A DNA stretch of 64,000 bases, from contig NC_086118.1 of assembly GCF_963921235.1 (NCBI RefSeq), positions 14,138,001 to 14,202,000 on the forward strand, given 5' to 3'. Under the pieces are notes generated by a model that saw nothing but the letters and a program-made list of their open reading frames with translations, was not told the origin of the DNA and ran no database searches. The DNA comes from Mobula hypostoma. Lineage: Eukaryota. Positions 12,045-24,309 of the stretch are shown here, in pieces. The number at the start of each line of letters is the position of its first letter. The stretch's first letter is position 1. A program made the translations under genes and the position numbers.

Positions 12045-12600
12045 AGTAGTCCTGGTTTAATTCTACTTCCCATTCTCATTCTGATATGTCAATCCATGGC
12101 CTCCTCTACTGTCACGATGAGGCCACACTCAGGTTAGAGGAGCAATATCTTATTTTCCATCTGTGTAGCCTCCAACCTGATAACATGAACATCAATTTTT
12201 CAAATTTCCAGTAATTGCACCCCCCCTACCATTCCCCATTCCCATTTCCCTCTCTCACCTTATCTCCTTACATGCCCATCACCATCCTCTGGTTCTCCTC
12301 CCCCTTCCCTTTCTTCCATGGTCTTCTGTTCTCTCTTATTAGATTCCCCCTTCTTCTGCCCTTTATCTTTCACTAATTGACTTCCCAGAACTTTACTTCA
12401 CCCTTCCCTCCCTCCCAGTTTCACCTATCACCTACTACCTTGTACTTCTTCCTCCCCTCCCCCACCTTCTTACTCAGATTTCTCATCTTTTCTCTCCAGT
12501 CTTGATGAAGGGTCTTAGACTGAAATATCGAATGTTTACTCTTTTTCAGAGATGCTGCCTGACCTGCTGAGTTCCTCCAGCATTTTGTGTGCATTTCTTG
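12045..12600 (+). mobile_element. Penelope-like 3' fragment (old)
   Basis: CCATGGCCTCCTCTACTG...AGCCTCCAACCTGAT...ATGAACAT (GIY-YIG C-terminus), CT-rich tract, degenerate hammerhead at about 12498-12535. Confidence 0.78.
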
Positions 12601-14575
12601 TCCTGGTCTAGCTTGTTCTTCCACTGAGTGAACACCAGAGGGCAGCATACATATATTTCTTATTGGAATTACGTAACGCATCAGTGATAAAGCCATGGAG
12701 TCACAGAATTATACCACTCAGGCAGAACCTTCGGTCCACATGTCTAAGCTGACCATTGTACTCATCGACACTCAGTAGCCAACTTAAATCATATGCAGTA
12801 CATATCAGCAGAGATAGCTTGCAAGGATCCTGAGGCTTGTTTCTGAAAATGAGGGATGCCTTGACATTGACTTTGAGAGCAATGCAAGCAGTTGTCTGAG
12901 TGGTGCTTTTGGCTTTCAGAGATCATGGACAAACCTGAAGTTAGGTCAACCAAAATGGAATCTGCCACCACATATTCATATAGTTTCAGCACCCCACTGC
13001 ACCACCGTCAACAATAATCCATGGTCAGAAATGCCGGGAGAAATCCTGCAGGGGCAGAGAGTTGTATGGTCATTCGGTGAGAAATATGTACAATGCAGAA
13101 GAAAGATGAAGGGCCAAAGAGGAGGCACCAGGAACCATCTCACTGTTCCTGGTGCAACTCTCAAAGGGTCATTTCCCAGCCAATCAGTATTATGGAAGGT
13201 TTCTCCCTCATGAGTTGTTGATCAGAGGTTGCTCGCTGTGAAGATGGGAGGGCAAGGCTTTTGGTACCACTTCGTTCATGTAAAATATAAAAATTTGAGT
13301 AAGCCCAGGGTAATGCATTTCAGGATACAGAGACATGGAACAGCTGAGACAAAGACATCAGAGATAGATATCCACTTTACTCAAAACCACTAAGAAATTA
13401 CAAGCAGACCAACACAGTTAGCATTGCAGCTATATTGACCTGGATTGGACTTTGATCTCAGGTTCTCCCTTGGTTGAGTTTAGACATTCTCCTTGTGACC
13501 ATGTGGATTTGCCCTGAGTGCACTGCATTCCACCCACATCCTAAGGGCCTGCTGGCAGGTTAATTGGAAACTTGAAGAAACACTTAGTAAGCAGAATAGC
13601 AGGGGAATAAAGGGATCCTACGGAAAAAAGGTTACAGAGTGGTGTGGGGAAATGCCACTGCTCTGAGTGGTGTCATAGATTCGACGGGCTGAATGGACTG
13701 ATTCTTTGCCCCAAGAAGCTATGAACAAAATGATGGGCTGCATTATACCAGTTGTCGCCAAGTATGCACAGCACCTATGCATTTATCATTAACTCATGTT
13801 ACCTCAAGCAACTTCATATGTTTCACCCTTTCCACTATAATTAAGCTGCATCTATTCCTTTACAATTTACATGCCAGATAAATTACCACAACCAAATTTA
13901 CATGGTGGGACAACCCGAATGTTTGTTTCACCTTTGATCCAATTTATCATTACTGGCTAACAGCTAGTTTTGGCCCTAACTGCAAATGTGCATTGGCAGC
14001 ACTTTATACAACTTGGAGGCTTGCATTCCTTGCAAAATCTGCAATTCCTGGAAAGAATGTGGTCAAATTTACTCAAGTTGGCTAACTTCGGCTTTCTGGA
14101 AAGCAACTGTACATGCATATCACAGGACTAGTCAGACATGATGGTTTCAGTTCAAGTTCCTGGCAAAATCACATGACCCAGTAATAGTTTAGTTCCTTTT
14201 TCTCCTGGAAATCAGGTGATCTGTAGAATTCAGTTAAGTAGTCAGAAAAAGAAAGTCTTAACATATTCAGGTCTTGCAGGTTCACATCATTAGATACTTT
14301 TCTCTAATTGTGGACTCTTCTGATCTGGGTAACCTATGAAACATAAATATTCCTGTTGGATTTTTGCTGGATACTGAGTTTTCAGTGGAAATATACTGAG
14401 ACTACCTAGGTGTGTGAGGTCAGAATCCTAGTTTAGATCAGTCAGTTCAAGTTCTGTTTTGCTACTTAAAACCTTTTTTATAATCTCCAAAAACCATTCA
14501 GATTGGTCTCACTATTGTCTCAAAGTTCACCTTCACTCTCGTTCATCAGGGTCCTTCCAGGCTGCCTCTGATATA

Positions 14576-15073
14576 CACACAGTGGCCACTTTATCAGATA
14601 CCTCATGAGTGTATGTTTCTGGTCTTCTGCTACTACAGCCCATCCACTTCAAGGTTCAACATATTGTGCATTCGGAGATGCTCTTCTATACAACACTGTT
14701 GTAACACATAATTATTTGAGTTGCTGTTGTCTTCCTGTCAGTTTGAACGAGCCTGGCCATTCTCCTTTGACCTCTCTTATTAACAAGGTGTTTCTGCTCA
14801 CAGAACTGCTGCTCACCGGATGCTTTTTTTTTCATTTCTTTTGCACCATTCTCTGTAAGCTCTAGAAAATCCCAAGAGACTGCAGATCTGTCTGGCACTA
14901 ACAATCTTCCACAGTCAAATTCACTTGGATTATATACGTTCCCCATTCTGATGTTTGGTCTAAACAGCAACTGAACCTCTGAACATCTTGACCATGTCTG
15001 TATGCTTTTAAGCATTCAGTTGCTGTCACATGAGCAGGTCTACAGGTGTACCTAATAAAATGGCCACTGAGTA
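14576..15073 (-). mobile_element. Tc1-like non-autonomous DNA transposon
   Basis: TIRs CAC(A/T)CAGTGGCCA(C/T)TTTAT with TA on both flanks; minus-strand transposase remnant RGQRRMARLVQTDRKTTATQI. Confidence 0.88.
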
Positions 15074-15214
15074 TAAGTCAAATATTGTGCCTTGCTCAAC
15101 TGGCAAAGTGGGGGCCTTATGTTTTTGTTAAATGAGACAGTTTCTTTCACACTTGGAATGGACATCCAACTGAGTAGAGGGTATACCAACAGTGTAGATA
15201 TTCCTAATTCTACT

Positions 15215-15610
15215 CATGCTCTATTAGATACATTCACACTTGGACTCAAGGACCTAAATTAAAAGGAGAGTTTGGACAAGCTATGATCTTCTTCTCTGAA
15301 GCATAGAATGCTGAGGTGTGACCTTATTAAGGTGTATAAAATCATAAGGGAGAAAGGTATGGTGAATGCACAGTCAATTCGCAGAGAAAGGGAATCAAAA
15401 ACTAGATGGCCTAGGTTTAAGGAGAGAGGGGAATGATATCAAAGGGACCTGAGGGGCAAAAGAGTGGTGCATGTAGGGAAGGAGATGCTGGAGAAAAGTG
15501 ATTAAGTCAAGTACAATAAAGGCACATGGATTGGTACATAGATAGGAACTGATGAGCGTGGATGAATTTGGCAGAGGACCTGTTCCAATTCTGTATGACT
15601 CTATGACTTC
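15215..15610 (+). mobile_element. CR1 LINE 3' fragment
   Basis: AGAATGCTGAGGTGTGACCTTATTAAGGTGTATAAAATC and a TATGACTCTATGAC tail. Confidence 0.75.
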
Positions 15611-17175
15611 ATCAATAATGACAACCTCCTCTCAGTTTCCCTCTCTCGACTACACAGTTCTTCAGGAGCCTGTGTATTGAGGGTTTCCTAGACAGGTTCT
15701 GCCACTACCAGCAGCCACCTCCTTTTAATGAGCCTGCAAATATTGCCCGGCAAAACTTCCTCCTTGTTGAAAGAATGCTGCTTGTTTGTTATGTGACCTT
15801 TCAACATCTATTGAATTGAGTTCACATCTGTGTGAAAGTTGCATGGGAGAGCCCAAGTGTACAGGTCTCAAAGATTACAAACAAATTTAGAGATCTTTAG
15901 CTTTTCAAAATAGTTAATGCCAGAAAACAAGTGCAAACATTATGTCAGGATATAATATTCATGCCAAAGCAATTAATTAATCTTTATAAAGATTTTCCAA
16001 AACCTTTAACATCCCTTCAATTTGTTAATAATTCTTTTCCCTTCAGCTGATATCAAACTGATATTTTTACAAGAAGCCTCCTGTGAGACCTACTGAAAAT
16101 CTATTTACTGGATTCTGCTGCATTCCCTTCATCCTTCCCCTCTGTCTGTAATCTAAGAAATGATTTAAACATATGCCTAAGACCATTTCTACCAGTTGTC
16201 TATGTATTCAAAACATTCTCTGATTTGATTTTAAATTATTATGTAATTCAAAGAGTTCAAGTTTTCCACAGATGGCGTTAAGCTATCTCATCTAAAATTA
16301 CCCAAATTATCCCCTTTTTTTTCAACAATTATGTTTCATTGGTTTATCTCCTGGTTCTATCTGCAATGCATTTTCATCATTGACTAGGTCTACTTCTCAA
16401 AAGTTATTTGTTTTCTTTTTATAACTCAACAAGAACATTTCTTAGCTTTATTAATTTCTCAGCTAACTTTCTTTATTCACTTTTGATTAGTCAAAGTTCA
16501 TTTTCTCCTCCCTCCAGCTTTCAGTATTGTCTCAGTTAACCCTATTTGCTTTCAATCCTTTTATGTCTGGAAGTCTATTCCTTAACTCTGCCCCACTTAT
16601 ACAGTAGTGAATACCTATTCATTATTGTATCTTTCATACATCTGAAGGTTCTCCACTGCTGTTCAATTACCCTTTATCTGATTGCATTAACCAATCAACT
16701 TGAACTCATCATCTTAATAACTCTATCATACCACCATTTATTTCCTTGTTTTTCTAATTCTCTCTCAACTTCAATTTGTCCTGTTTCATATGCATGGACC
16801 AGACCAAACAATGATCTTTATAGATGTATAAACAATCTTTAGCTTAACGAAACAACAAGTTCTAGTTAATGTTCTGAATAACACTGCACTGCAAATCATT
16901 CCTACAAAAAAAAATCCATGCATTTATAAATATTTCATTATATTACTCGGACCATACAGAAAGTCTAGCAGTTGCTGCATAAAGTAGGAACCAAGAGTAT
17001 GGTCCTTTTTATGTGTTAATGAGCCTACTGGAGCACACGCACAAATATTAGAATACATGAATATTTCCATTTCTGAGAGGACACTCTTTTTGTGTGAACA
17101 TAGAAAAGATATTCTTATCCATCATAAATTTAAGGGATAAATGGATAACTGTATTTTTATTCTTTCCATTTGTAG

Positions 17176-17332
17176 GAAGCTGCACTGCACTCGAAATTAC
17201 ATCCATATCAATTTATTTGCTTCCTTTATCCTGAGAGCTCTGGCAGTCCTTGTAAAAGATATTTTTCTGAAAAATACTTACGCGAAACGTCCAGATGATG
17301 AAATGGGATGGAAGTCATTTTTTGATGGTCAG
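17176..17332 (+). CDS. GLP2R: GLP-2 receptor exon (about exon 6), ICL1/TM2/ECL1
   Basis: tgtag|G...CAG|gtaaat, 157 nt. Encodes [52 protein letters not shown]; the YxKRPDxExGW ECL1 is characteristic of GLP2R rather than GLP1R/GCGR/GIPR. Confidence 0.95.
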
Positions 17333-18018
17333 GTAAATGATAAATACTGTATCTGCTTGTATCCAATGTCTTCTGAGACTGGATGTCAGAGTAGTCTAGA
17401 ATGATACAACTTACAATAACACCCATCAATCAGCATACTTCGTTTACCGTCAGAGACCATCTCTCCATCTATAACTTTCTCTATGTCCACACCTTCAGTT
17501 TATATAGTTGCTCCTCTAATGAATGTTCAATGTCCCAAATCAAATGATATTTTAAGGAATAGGTCTGCGACTAAAATTTGCCATTTGATTCACTGTTGTT
17601 TTTAATATAACTAAAGATGAAGAGGATTTTATTCTCCAGTATAAATTTGATAGCTCTATACAACAAGCTTTACTAATGTTACTCCCTTACAAACTATACT
17701 TTACCGCATGGTTAGGTCTTACCAAAATTTAGAATGCCAGTCCCACAACATCTTAAAAAGTTCTAGTCTTTTAAGGCAAGATTTTGAACATACAGAGAAC
17801 AGAACATTGGAGCACAAGAACAGACCCTTTGGCCAACAATGTCTGTGCTGAATGCAAACCCAAATAAACGAACTCTCTGCCTGCGGATGAATCATGTCCT
17901 TCTAACCCTACATATTCAGAGACCTAAATGCCTCATATATGGTTTCGACCACTCACCTCAAATGCATGCCATATAGAATTTGATACGTCTATCCTGGAAA
18001 GAGGACTCTAAGTAGAAT

Positions 18019-18250
18019 ACACATAAAAGTTGCTGGCGAACTCAGCAGGCCAGGCAGCATCTCTAGGAAGAGGTACAGTCGACGTTTCAGGCTGAGACCC
18101 TTCGTCAGGAAGTCCTGACAAAGGGTTTCGGCCCAAAATGTCGACTGTACCTCTTCCTAGAGATGCTGCCTGGCCTGCTGCGTTCGCCAGCAACTTTTAT
18201 GCGTGTTGCTTGAATTCCAACATCTGCAGATTTCCTCGTGTTTGCATTTT
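18019..18250. mobile_element. Palindromic Penelope-like terminal element
   Basis: Inverted arms of about 90 bp around centre about 18110 (TCAGGAAGTCCTGA); right arm continues to the full terminus. Confidence 0.88.
18077..18112 (-). ncRNA. Minimal hammerhead ribozyme motif (core intact, stem I shortened)
   Basis: Reverse complement: TC-CTGACGA-AGGGTCTCAGCCT-GAAA-C-GTC-GACT. Confidence 0.55.
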
Positions 18251-18694
18251 TGATCAGAATATTCTTCTTTTCACACATAAAAGCATTTAAAATAAAATTG
18301 TGGGCAGTGACATTGTAATAAAGAGTCCTGGAATTCCTTGCTACCTATAGAAACAGAATTCAGAATTCTTCTGCTTTTTTTAAAAATTTCCTAGGCATGG
18401 AGTCACCTGAACAATAATTGCCTCTTTTCCAGCTTTTATTTTTGGGTCTTGCCCAATCAGCCACATTCTATAAAATAAAGAACATGTTCTCTGCAGTGTT
18501 AAAGTACAGCTGTGCAACTATATAGCATCAAGCAACTAATCATCTGGAAAATTAGCCATTCAAGAACTGAGTCCTGTTCCTGCAGCGACCACATGAACAA
18601 GATTCACAAGCTTCAGAAACTATTGAGTTGTACTTGAATTTCTTGGGGCACATTTCAACACTTGTTAATGAAGGTTATACTTCGTTTTTTCCAG

Positions 18695-18854
18695 ACTTCA
18701 AATGGATGCAAGGTGGCTCAGGTTTTCATGCACTATTTCATTGGAGCAACATTCTTTTGGCTTTTAGTTGAAGGCATTTACCTCAACAAACTGATAGTCC
18801 TGGCTGTCATATCGGAGAAAAGATTGCTAAGGCAGTATGTGCTGATAGGATGGG
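18695..18854 (+). CDS. GLP2R: GLP-2 receptor exon (about exon 7), TM3/ICL2/TM4 start
   Basis: ttccag|ACT...TGGG|gtaagt, 160 nt. Encodes TSNGCKVAQVFMHYFIGATFFWLLVEGIYLNKLIVLAVISEKRLLRQYVLIGW. Confidence 0.95.
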
Positions 18855-19632
18855 GTAAGTGAATCTCGGGGTCAAAACTAAATTGTACACCTCCTCTTTG
18901 CTACTACATTTAAAATTATTTTTTCCCACTATAATCAGCTGCTGTTCTTTTCAATCAGAGTGAGACAAAATGACTCTCTCTTTGACTTCTTATACAACTG
19001 AATGATTCTTGTTGATGTAAGCATTATGTGGATTGTGAAAACATTTCACTTCTGGTTGTGGATCAGATATAGAGTCAAGCTTCATTCTAACACTTGGGCT
19101 ACATGGCACTGTGGTACTGGTGCAGAGCAGCAGAGTGGAGATGTTCATTCTGTTGTTCTCTTTACAACTAAGACACTCAATAATGGATGTGAAATATCGC
19201 ATGGCATTATTCTGACGCAGAGCAAGGGGGTCTTCATTGGTATTCTCCCTCATGTTACTCCTCCAGTGACAACTTTAAGCTATTTACATGTTAATTTAAT
19301 CATTTATATCTATGGAACCATACAGCATGCAAATATGCAGGGACATTTCCCTTTCATCTAAAAGCTAATCTACTTTTTAGTTAAAGAATTCTTAATTTGT
19401 TCTATGGAGTTGCAGGAAACCCTGTATTCAGGAAAAGCAATAGTTTTACTTGTATGTAATATCTTGATATTCCCACCAACTAAAAGGGAATGATTTGGCC
19501 AGTCCAATATACAATGGAACTATTAATATTTCAGCAATTTTTCATCATGGTTTATATGTAAAAGTATGTAACTGGTTTATGTCATCACCCCACCATAACA
19601 TATGTATGCACCTCGCTAAAAGTAAAAATGAA

Positions 19633-20030
19633 TTGAATTGGATTGAATTGAATTAACTTTATTTCTTACATCCTTCCCATATATAAGAAGTAAAAATCTT
19701 TATGTTAAGTCTCCATCTGAATGTGCAATGTGCAAATTATAGTAACTTGTAACAAATAGTATGTACAGTAATATATACAACAGGACAGTCAATATAGCTT
19801 AGAACTACAATTGCGTCAGCATGAATTAATCAGGCTGATGGCCTGGTGGAAGAAACTGTCCCGGAACCTGTTGGTCCTGGCTTTTATGCTGTGGTACAGT
19901 TTCCCGGATGGTAGCAGCTGGAACAGTTTGTGGTTGGGGTGACTTGATCCCCAATGATCCTTCAGGCCCTTTTAACACACCTGTCGCTATAGATGTCCTG
20001 GATAAGGGGAAGTTCACATCCTCAGATGCG
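19633..20030 (-). mobile_element. Rex/Babar-like LINE 3' end inserted in the Gypsy 5' LTR
   Basis: (ATTCA)n tail; minus strand encodes the ORF end (LPSGKLYHSIKARTNRFRDSFFHQAISLIN); candidate TSD AAAAATGAA/AACAATGAA. Confidence 0.8.
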
Positions 20031-22622
20031 AACAATGAAGTACATGAGTTATTCTAGCTCCATGTTTTTCTTTTAATTAGTTTTATGTTTTGGAGTTACA
20101 ATATATAATAATGGTGACAAGGAAGTTTTAAATGAACCCTATCTGATGAAGCACAATAAGATGTTCAAGTTAAAAATGAAGTCCTGCGAGAAACAGCCCA
20201 GCATATGCTTCTTCAGAAAAGGAAAGATAATTGAGTTTAATAAAAGGCAAAAAACTGGATAAATCCACAGGATTATAAACAGGAGTACTTGGTGATAATA
20301 ATGATAGATAAAAGAAGAGCTGAAATGTCTAGCTGCATCAGAATGATATACACATTTGATTCCACAACAGATAACTGGATTTTGTATACTAAGCAAATTG
20401 AGCAGTATTTTGAAGCAAATGAAATAACCAATGAGAAGTGTGTGCCAGATTTATAGTGTGTAATAGATGGGAAAGCATATAGTTTTCTTTGAAGTTTAAC
20501 TGCTTCAAGCAAACCAGATGAAATGAGCTTTGCTGATATTGTGAATATAAGGCTGGAACATTTAGAAATAAGAACATTGTCAGCTGCAGAAAGTTTTATG
20601 TTTCGTAAGCTGAATTGAAAGGAAGGGAAGTCCATTTTAATGTATGTGGCTGAATGATGCAGCTAGAGATCATTTTTGTTTGTGGAATCTTACGAGAAAA
20701 TAGTCAAAAAAGGCCCCTAACCAAAACACAAACTACATTTAAAAGAGCAGTTGAAATAACTGTATCAATAGAAACAGCAGACAGAGACACAATTGACTTA
20801 CAATCATTAGTGAAAATGGATGTGAACAGAATTGCAATGTCTAAGCAGAAACGTGTTGGCTGAACAAATTGTATTCCCATTTTGGCAGGGGCTCACATAT
20901 ACCAGACCAATTCAGATTTAGAGGTGAACCTGCAGAAAGTGCCACAAATTAGAACACCTACAAACAGCATGTCAGGCAGACAAAAATAAATGAACTACAC
21001 AGGATAGAGAAAAAAATATTCAAGTTGTGGTTTGAAAAAAATCTGAATGAAGTTGATGAAAAATGCAGATGATGCACTGTGATGACAGTGACACAAGACT
21101 GGGAAGCCTTGAGGATGACAATGGGAAAACCAACAGGAGACAAGTAATATGGCTTACACAAGAAGAGAAAGGCAAATTAATTAAAATGGAATTGGATATT
21201 GGCTTAGCTGTTGTGGTTATTACATAAAATGAGAAACTGAGAAATTATACTGAAGGAATAATAACTCCTGTGGGTATGACATTCTTAAAAGTGAAATACA
21301 ACAACTAACAAGCTACATTAGGCTTGTAATTGGTAAAAACAGGAGGGCCAGCATTGTGGGGCTGTGATTGGCTGATGTAACTACACTTGATTGGAGCCCC
21401 ATACCACATGCCCTGCAAGAGAGTAAATTAAAAGTGAATTAAGAAAAGTAATGGATAATGCCACAGAAGCATTCAAGGATGGCATTGGAAATCTCCAACA
21501 AAACAAGGGTAAAATAGTGTTAAATGAAAATGCCACACCCAAGTTTTACAAAGGCAGCCCAGTTCCTTATAAAGCAGCTAGTGAACTGGGTCACATGGAG
21601 ACTGAATGAATTCTTTCCACGGTTGAGTGGAGCCTATGGAAAACACCAATCACCCTGGTGGCCAAGAAGGATTGGTCTGTCAGGATCTGTGGTGATTTTA
21701 ATGTCACCATCAATCCAGTACTGAAAGTAGATTAATACCCTCTGCCTAGGATAGAGGATTTCTTTGCAAATCTCTCTGGAGGGAAACATTTCAACAAAGT
21801 GGACTTAGCTGAGGCCTACCTAAAGATGGACATGGAAGAAGAGTCCAAAGTGCGTCTCACCTTAAACACTCACAAAGGGCTTTACCGCTACAATAGGCTT
21901 ATTTTTGGAGCATCGGCACCTGCAGTCTGGCCGAAAGCTATGGAGAAGATGCTGCAGGACCGTCCAATGTTCATGTCACAGTTGCAGTCCTTTTTAAGCT
22001 TTGTCAATTACTATAACAGGTTTCTGCCAAACCTGTCTATGGTGCTCTACCTCTTGAAATCATCACTACAGATCAGGAAGAAATGGAAATGGACAAAACA
22101 GAGTGAGGTGCCTTTCCAAAAGGTAAACAAAATGGAGACGTCAGACACTGTACTCACACGTTACGATCCATATTGTCCAGTGAAACTTCCCATCCCAACC
22201 CATCCAGAGGGAAACTGGCCAGCGCTGTCAGAAACACTTTCTGCAGTCCCAGAGTCAACTTCTACCACTACCACTTAGGAGACCCCAGAACCTAAAATTG
22301 TTATACAGCCATAAGTCTCTCCTGCCAAGCACAGTGACTCTCCTTGTCAGGAAACACATTATCCTACAAGAGTTACAAATCCTCCTCAGCAATTGATGGG
22401 ACAATTTAAAATTTACTGTTCTGTGGATGTCTATATTGTAGTTGTATTATATAGTATAACATTCTATATTCATTATGGGTTACATGTAGAAGTACATAAA
22501 TGGCATACAACATCATGCCACCACATCATACATATGCACCTCGCGAAAATTAAAAAGTAAGTTAAACTCACATTTTGGACTCATGTCTTTTTCTTTTAAT
22601 TAGTTCTATGTTTTGGAATTAC

Positions 22623-24123
22623 TGTCACAATGGCGGGGGCATTGGGAGCAAGGGTGGACCCAAATGCAAGACACATCTTGTGAGGTTACTGAGATTTAGT
22701 TTATTGTTCGATATCAGGAGAGCAAGGCAGGAGCAGGAATAGCGAACTGGACAAGGACTCAGGACTATGACTAGGCTGGGACCAAGGGTCTGGGCTTGGA
22801 CTCGGAATCGGCTCCTCCCAGAACTAGAGGAGACATGAAGAGGCTAGGGCATGGACTCTGAGCCAGAGACTGGGAAAGGACCCAGTACCTGGGTCTTGCC
22901 TTGGGCTCGGACCCCAGAACCAGGCATGGACATGACATGAGCTAGGGAGAGGATGAACATGGAAAACAGAGCCTCGGTCTCGGGACAGCAGGTACATGGA
23001 ACCATGGACACATACACAGAACGCAGAGTCGAGACCCCTCCTTTGGTACAGGACATAGGGCCGGGACTCACACACAGAACAGAGAGCCGGGACCCCTCCT
23101 TGGGTACAGGACATAGGGCCGGGACTCATTACCCTCTGTGAGGCAACGGCAAGACGGCCTGACTTACCCCACAGAGGCGAGGACAAGACAAGACAGAACA
23201 TGACCCCCCTCCCCCTGTGGGGCAACGGCAAGACGGCCTGACCTACCCCACGGAAGCGAGAACAAGACAAGACAAGACATGACTCCCCGCGGGGCAACGG
23301 CAAGACGACCAGACTTACCCCCACGGAGGCAAGGACCAGACAAGACAAGACATGACCCCCCGTGGAGCAACAGCAAGACGGCCTGACTTACGCCACGGGG
23401 GCGAGGACAAGACAAGACAAGACCAACATGAATGAACACCAGACAGTACCTATCTAGCTCCGGTGATGGAACTAGACCGAAGTGCAGGCGGGGGCTGCAG
23501 ACGAGGGCTAGAAGTGAGAGGGGCAGAGATGGGATTCAGACAAGGGGGTAGGACAGAAATCACAGACCACCAGGGCCAGAACTTGACTCAGAACTGGGAA
23601 GCCACCAGAAGCCACCATGGACCAGGACTTGACTTGGTGCTTGAATGCCGTCGGAGCCAGGACTTGACTTGGAGCTTGAATGCCGTCGGAGCCAGGACTT
23701 GACTTGAAGCCTTTGGGTAGTGGCGAGCTCTCGACTCGGCCTGGGAACAGTAGACAGCGGTTCTTGATTCCCTTCGGCAGGTTAACTGACAGACCCACCT
23801 CGGTGAGGAAACTTTGCAAGCTCGCTTTGGCAAGGTAACTGGACAGGTTTGCTCTGGTGAGGAGAGGCGAATTACTGGCTCTCGCTTCGGCAGGGACTAG
23901 GCTTGCTCCGGCCAGATGACATCGGCACACCGTACCTTAGATGACTTTGCAGATGCTCTCGCACCAAACGGCTGAAAACCGGAGACTATAAACTACCAGT
24001 TCAGCCGAGTATTAATTGCCTCTAATCACCAAAGTTGAGGGACATGGGAAAACACGGAATCAATGGTCCAGATCGTAACATAAGCAAGCTAAATTTAAAG
24101 GGACCCCGATCAGGACCATGACA
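22623..24123 (-). mobile_element. Solo LTR inserted in the Gypsy 3' LTR
   Basis: TGTCAC...ATGACA termini; TSD ATTAC/ATTGC; related to 3507-4549; about 60-bp repeats at about 23140-23425. Confidence 0.85.
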
Positions 24124-24309
24124 ATTGCAAAATATAACAGAGATCCTTCATAATTTAGTGCTGAAGTTCACAAGGACTCAGAACTGGTTTTTGGCAGACT
24201 GAAATCTGGTCTGGTTTTTGTTTTGATCGTATTAAAAGATTCATAAATATTATGCATTTTACATTTACTATTGGGTATAGAAAGATAAGCAAAAGACTTT
24301 AATGTATCC

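Larger units (their letters stand above)
19545..24139 (+). mobile_element. Decayed Gypsy LTR retrotransposon; both LTRs interrupted
   Basis: LTR similarity GCACCTCGC...TTTTAATTAGTT.TATGTTTTGGA.TTAC at about 19545-20110 and 22470-24139; PBS-like TGGTGACAAGGA; gag IEQYFEANEI; RT ICGDF, YPLPRIED, DLAEAY; integrase deleted. Confidence 0.87.
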
